Assembly (NCBI RefSeq): GCF_030144855.1
Contig: NW_026779065.1
Coordinates: 124,001-162,655, forward strand
Direction of reading: 5' to 3'
DNA: 38,655 nt
From: Hypanus sabinus
Taxonomy: Eukaryota
A program made the position numbers and the translations under genes. Positions within the stretch are counted from its first letter, which is position 1, and each line of letters opens with the position of its first letter. Below are positions 33,815 to 38,655 of the stretch, in pieces. A model generated the notes under the pieces. The model saw only the letters and a program-made list of their open reading frames with translations, had not been told where the DNA came from and made no database searches.

Positions 33815-34599
33815 TTCCAGCCTGCAGCAGGGAGGTTCAGTGGCCATGTTGTACCAGTAGGTTACAGCACCAGACCGAGTTCGGCTGCTACTTCCTGTCA
33901 CGAACGGGCTGCACTCGGCCGCTTATCCGCGAGTGTTCCTGCAATCTCAGATATCACATCGACGAGCAGAGGGGCTTTGATGGATAACGCAAAGCTGTAC
34001 CATTTGCTCTGCAATTGACGGCAGAAAACCGGAGACGGCCCTGCGCATAGTTCAACACATCGCTTAAACGTCCCCTCTATAAGTACACCTCGTTAACTCA
34101 GTGAAGGAGCCGATGATAATACAGGCTCCAGTCGCCAAACCCGCCGCTTCTCTGCCTTCGTTACCCTATTCTTATGCTGTAGGATCGGACAATAATGTGA
34201 ATTCTCTACTTCACCATCTACCTCTCTGAAGTCCTGTTCACCCTCACTGTGGTTTTCTCCGTCGATTTTTAACATTTTTGATGAACCTTATTCTACACCG
34301 ATACACTGTGAACTGTGTGCAAGACCAGCTTTTCACTATAACTCCATAGATGCAGCAAATGTAAACAAATTTATTAATTTACCTTTCTCTATCGCAATTC
34401 AAAATGTAATGTATTTATCTCTGCGAACAAGCTTTTACAGTATAATTGCATAAGGAGTTCATTGTGGCCAAACATTATAATTCTAATTCCCATTTTCCTA
34501 TCCACGTGTCGTTTCATAGCTATCCCTCGTGTCAAGAGGAGGCCACCCTGAAGGTAGAGTAAAAACATCTTATATTCCATCTTGGTACCATTCAAATTG

Positions 34600-34900
34600 A
34601 ATGGTATGTATTACTGTTACCTTTTTACTTCTTCTCCCCTGACTATTACATCTCCCTTGAACATCTCCTCATTCCCTTTCCTCTGTTTTCCGTCTCCTCT
34701 CCTATCATATTCTTCCCACTCCAGCCCTTGACCTTTCCCTTCCACCTGTCTCTGCCTATAATCGCCCAAATGACCTTGAACCCATTTCGCAACTTTTAAT
34801 TCAGGCATCGTCCTCCTTCCCCCACCCGATCCACTTTTCACTCTCAGTCCTGATGAAGGATCTCGGCCGGAAATGCCCAATGTTACACTTTTCCACACGC
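34600..34900 (+). mobile_element. Penelope-like terminal remnant with degenerate hammerhead
   Basis: Pyrimidine-rich tract, then CAGTC-CTGATGA (34850-34856)-AGGATCTCGGCCG-GAAA (34870-34873). The 3' stem I strand has decayed. Confidence 0.5.
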
Positions 34901-35089
34901 CACCGAGAGCGCTAGACCGCGAGTCTCCGGCCACAGAACATCCTTCCACCTGTTCACCAAGAAGTGCAGAACCGCATTTTCGACACGTGGGGGCAACAGT
35001 GCTCTGTGTATCGATGCACATTGACCGGCATGAATGACACAAAGAAACGCGCAAACATAATACCGCTGTATCTGCAAAATTTTGCTCTA

Positions 35090-35305
35090 NNNNNNNNNNN
35101 NNNNNNNNNNNNNNNNNNNNNNNNNNNNNNNNNNNNNNNNNNNNNNNNNNNNNNNNNNNNNNNNNNNNNNNNNNNNNNNNNNNNNNNNNNNNNNNNNNNN
35201 NNNNNNNNNNNNNNNNNNNNNNNNNNNNNNNNNNNNNNNNNNNNNNNNNNNNNNNNNNNNNNNNNNNNNNNNNNNNNNNNNNNNNNNNNNNNNNNNNNNN
35301 NNNNN
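35090..35305. other. Assembly gap (216 N)
   Basis: N run. Confidence 1.
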
Positions 35306-35577
35306 CTTCTGCTTTTTTCGCCATATTCCGTTCAGAGATGCGATGGACCCCACACTGAGTCTGTAAATTTGAGCAATATTGCTCGTTTCTGCAAACCAGG
35401 AACGGCACGGGTTTCTCCCATAGCTGATGTATCACCACAACTCATTCATTCACCCACCACGAAATCCCTGTGTGCTTAACGCGCGTTCGGCACGTGAATG
35501 AAGGATCGGGATAAACACACAGAATAATTTGGAATACTTCAAGAAGATCCGTAGATAGATAGACACGTACAAAGATG

Positions 35578-35579
<2 letters not shown>

Positions 35580-35611
<32 letters not shown>

Positions 35612-35652
35612 TCTGTCTGTCTGTCTGTCTGACTGTCTGTCTGTCTGTCTGT
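35580..35652 (+). repeat. Compound (GT)n(GTCT)n microsatellite
   Basis: Directly visible. Confidence 0.95.
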
Positions 35653-35749
35653 AGTTACATTTCCTCACCAACGCGACAATGCATAAATTGCGACATCCAC
35701 TCTCTTTCGGTTTACTACTGACGACTAAAGAAAGACCACCAATTACACA

Positions 35750-35776
35750 GGAAGTGACAGGCGTCATGGGTCCAAT
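35750..35776 (+). promoter_or_regulatory. V5 promoter module
   Basis: GGAAGTGACAGGCGTCATGGGTCCAAT starts 125 bp before the ATG. Confidence 0.6.
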
Positions 35777-35874
35777 CGGAATCAGAAATTATTTCGATCA
35801 ACCCGGTACAGTTTTTCTGAAATTTGGACTTGATCGGCACTCCACCCCAAAGCCCACCAGGGTCTAAACTGAGA

Positions 35875-35926
35875 ATGATGGTGCAGGAAAAATACTGTCT
35901 TCCGCTGATCCTGGCATTGATCCCGC
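35875..35926 (+). pseudogene. TRBV: Leader exon of V5
   Basis: MMVQEKYCLPLILALIP + C|GTAAGT; 104-nt intron. Confidence 0.88.
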
Positions 35927-36030
35927 GTAAGTCAGAATGACAATGGATCTGGTGAAGGTGACTCAGATTCAGAGAACGGGCTACCATTTGTTGAGCAAAA
36001 TTAGACTCTAATGGAATTTCTCTCTTGCAG

Positions 36031-36327
36031 GGATTCTGGCCGTGTACGTGGAGCAGTCGCCCCCTTCCCCGTCAGTTGGATTGGGAGAATAAAGCACCGT
36101 CCAATGCACGCTGTTGAATTCGGACTATGATCATATGTATTGGTATAGAGACCGACCGGATGGGGCAATATAAGATATTTTTTTTTATTCTGCTTGGGAA
36201 GATACAGTCAACAGTTACACGACGGAATCCTACGCGGCAACAAGACCCAGCAGCACTTTCTTTCAGCTGGATCTAAGGAATGCCTCGCAGTCTCACTCGG
36301 CCGTCTATTTCTGCGCCTGTAGTAGCG
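36031..36327 (+). pseudogene. TRBV: TCR V pseudogene V5 (V3 family)
   Basis: ILAVYVEQSPP..GE*STVQCTLLNSDYDHMYWYRDRPDGAI*DIFFYS..SHSAVYFCACSS, with TAA at 36090-36092 and 36171-36173. Confidence 0.92.
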
Positions 36328-36366
36328 CATAGAGGTTGAGAAGCCGAGCCGCCTCTGACAAAATCT
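36328..36366 (+). promoter_or_regulatory. Degenerate 23-RSS of V5
   Basis: CATAGAG + 23 nt + ACAAAATCT. Confidence 0.85.
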
Positions 36367-36407
36367 ATTCTGCACAATCGTTGAAGGCGCGGAACCCGTT
36401 TTTCTCA

Positions 36408-36421
36408 CCACTAGAGGTCGC
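36408..36421 (+). promoter_or_regulatory. RSS-proximal CTCF motif (V5)
   Basis: CCACTAGAGGTCGC is 13/14, 42 bp after the nonamer. Confidence 0.65.
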
Positions 36422-37173
36422 TGCATATTGAGCTTCAATAACAGGTCGCGGCCAGTGTAACATTGCAATTGGCTTTTGATTCTTTCCCATCTGCACAACC
36501 CAAAACGGATCATCAGGAAAGCAAATCAGGTGGAAAAGGCAAGGATGCCTCAAATAATTCAGAAACACCACAAAAATACAGAAAGCACCTACATTTTTTA
36601 ACGAAGTGGATGAAATTTGGTAAGCTCTCTTACAGCCACAGCAACATTAACAACTGAAGTAATTAAATTCTTTGGAGCAATGGCGTTCAAAACATTGTTT
36701 ATCTTTACTGCACTTCTGGCGATAGTAAAATATCTATTTAGTATTTGTCTAAATGATATAGAGGTAGCTTAATAATTAGTTTAACCCCTCCAGATCAGCT
36801 GTAGCAAACCTGCCAGGCATTTGAATTGTAATGGCTCCGGTGGATGACGCGCGGGAAGTGAAGCAGCAGCAACGGACCAGCAGCAAAGCAGCAATCGAAA
36901 CAGACAACTTCTAATGAATATCAGCACTCTGCGACACATGATCCCAACGAGTGTCTCTCTCGGATAGATGTTGGATTGTAGGACACATTGCATCCGACTT
37001 ATTCTGCCGTTGATCCCAAGTATGTCAAAACAGTGCAGAACCACGGTAAGCAGTGGTGTTCTTGGTGAACTCAGGTAGTACGACATTGGACGTAGTCCGG
37101 TTTGGTAGAGGGTCGAAAATTCGAAACGTCCTTCCGAACTCATGTCCCTAAACTCCACGGTCAAACCACTATT

Positions 37174-37420
37174 CACCAAGCAGCAGTGAACGGCCGTCCT
37201 TCTCCCCCTTTTGTGTTTAGTCATGAAAATGGCACTTCCTATCCTGCGGACGGGATTAAACTTGGCCGAGGGCATTGTATTTTGATCTGCCTTTCCGTTA
37301 GGGGATTGTAGTCCGGATCCTAAGCGCTGATCAAGTTCGAGTATACTCTCCGATATTCCGGTGTAAATTTTCATTTTGTTCTGAGATTGTTTCATTTGAC
37401 CCACGGTGCTATTCATCGCT
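37174..37420 (-). pseudogene. Possible decayed V-like relic Vc
   Basis: MKQSQ..DQRLGSGLQ..KF..R..TAVHCC (TAVYYC-like), followed by AATAGTG. First Cys and Trp are missing, and there is no nonamer. Confidence 0.3.
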
Positions 37421-37860
37421 GTGGCCGTTTTCACAGAGATACATATTAAAATAAATGAACGAAGAGATGGACAGATGAGCGAGTTACGACCAGGAGAAAC
37501 TCAGGAATAACTACAGTCAGGGAGAAGGAGATAGAGATAGACGGAAGGATGGAAGGAGAAAGAAAGCGAAAGAGTGAAATAGAAGGATGAAGAAAATGCA
37601 ATCGTTACGCGTCTATCGGTGAGAAAGCGATGTAGAAAGTCATGAAGGGACAATGACGACGACAGAGTATTACTGACGCATGTCTCGATTCTGATTGGTT
37701 AAACGAAGCAGGGGGCGTGGATTTCGGTGTCACCAATGACCATTTACGACTCTGAATTACAAAGGTGCATATCCAGCTAAATAAATAAAGAGATAGATCG
37801 ATGAGAAAGTTATGAGCAGTGAGAGAAACAGCGGGAAATATAGAATATAGTCCGGGAGGG

Positions 37861-38106
37861 NNNNNNNNNNNNNNNNNNNNNNNNNNNNNNNNNNNNNNNN
37901 NNNNNNNNNNNNNNNNNNNNNNNNNNNNNNNNNNNNNNNNNNNNNNNNNNNNNNNNNNNNNNNNNNNNNNNNNNNNNNNNNNNNNNNNNNNNNNNNNNNN
38001 NNNNNNNNNNNNNNNNNNNNNNNNNNNNNNNNNNNNNNNNNNNNNNNNNNNNNNNNNNNNNNNNNNNNNNNNNNNNNNNNNNNNNNNNNNNNNNNNNNNN
38101 NNNNNN
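37861..38106. other. Assembly gap (246 N)
   Basis: N run. Confidence 1.
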
Positions 38107-38321
38107 CCAACTTACACTCTGCCTCCTCTGTACAGGAATCTGTGAGACGACTTTTCCAACTAATGACACCGGAATAGGGTATCTACTTTGATCAATCCAT
38201 TCTTCGCCCAACACTAAGCACGCGACTGAACAATGACGATTGATCTGACTGCTCAAAATGTCCGTATCCCATTTGACTTCAACGTTTTCTTCCTTATTTA
38301 AATCCACCATGGACAACAAAG

Positions 38322-38323
38322 GA

Positions 38324-38362
<39 letters not shown>
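38322..38362 (+). repeat. (GA)n microsatellite
   Basis: Directly visible. Confidence 0.95.
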
Positions 38363-38363
<1 letters not shown>

Positions 38364-38655
38364 TCAGACAGAAGGAATAAGAGAATTCACCGAGGCAATC
38401 ACCATTTGTCTTTCGATGGGAAAGGGATGTAATAAGTCAAGAAGGATCAATGATGATTCATCAGAGTATAACTGCGTATGCTTCGATTCAGATTGGCCAG
38501 CAAAAGCAGAGTGCGTGGCCATCCGTATCACCAATGACCATTCAGGTCACTGAGTTACATCACAAGCGGGACTGAAGTGAGTGGATTCATTGCTCCTGAA
38601 CACAACACTTTCATTTGGGACGTAATAAACCTCCAGGGAAGATGTTGCTGTTTCT

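Overview
Vertebrate genomic DNA, most likely a cartilaginous fish (inferred from the GPR139-like GPCR and the CR1/Penelope repeat types), with three sized N-gaps. From about 15.9 kb to 37.4 kb it is a T-cell receptor V-segment cluster, most like TCR-beta V (TRBV), with split leader + V exons and 23-spacer RSSs in both orientations. Six V segments are clear. V3 (+) looks functional. V1 (-) is an intact ORF with a mutated heptamer. V2, V4, V5 and V6 are pseudogenes. At least four older decayed V-like relics lie on the - strand. V4 is split by a full-length but disabled 6.5-kb Ty3/gypsy element with Gmr1-type domain order (gag-PR-IN-RT-RH), about 845-bp LTRs and a CTAC target-site duplication. 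The most interesting unexplained structure is regulatory: CTCF-consensus motifs sit 40-42 bp past the RSS nonamer of three paralogous V genes, further CTCF-like motifs follow the inverted relics, and all read in the same chromosomal direction. A conserved ETS/CRE-like/CCAAT promoter lies about 125 bp upstream of the leaders. The first 15 kb holds LINE fragments, a 105 x 27-bp minisatellite grown inside a CR1 ORF2 remnant, degenerate Penelope hammerheads, and a GPR139-like GPCR exon with one in-frame stop. All comparisons were made by eye; no database searches were run.
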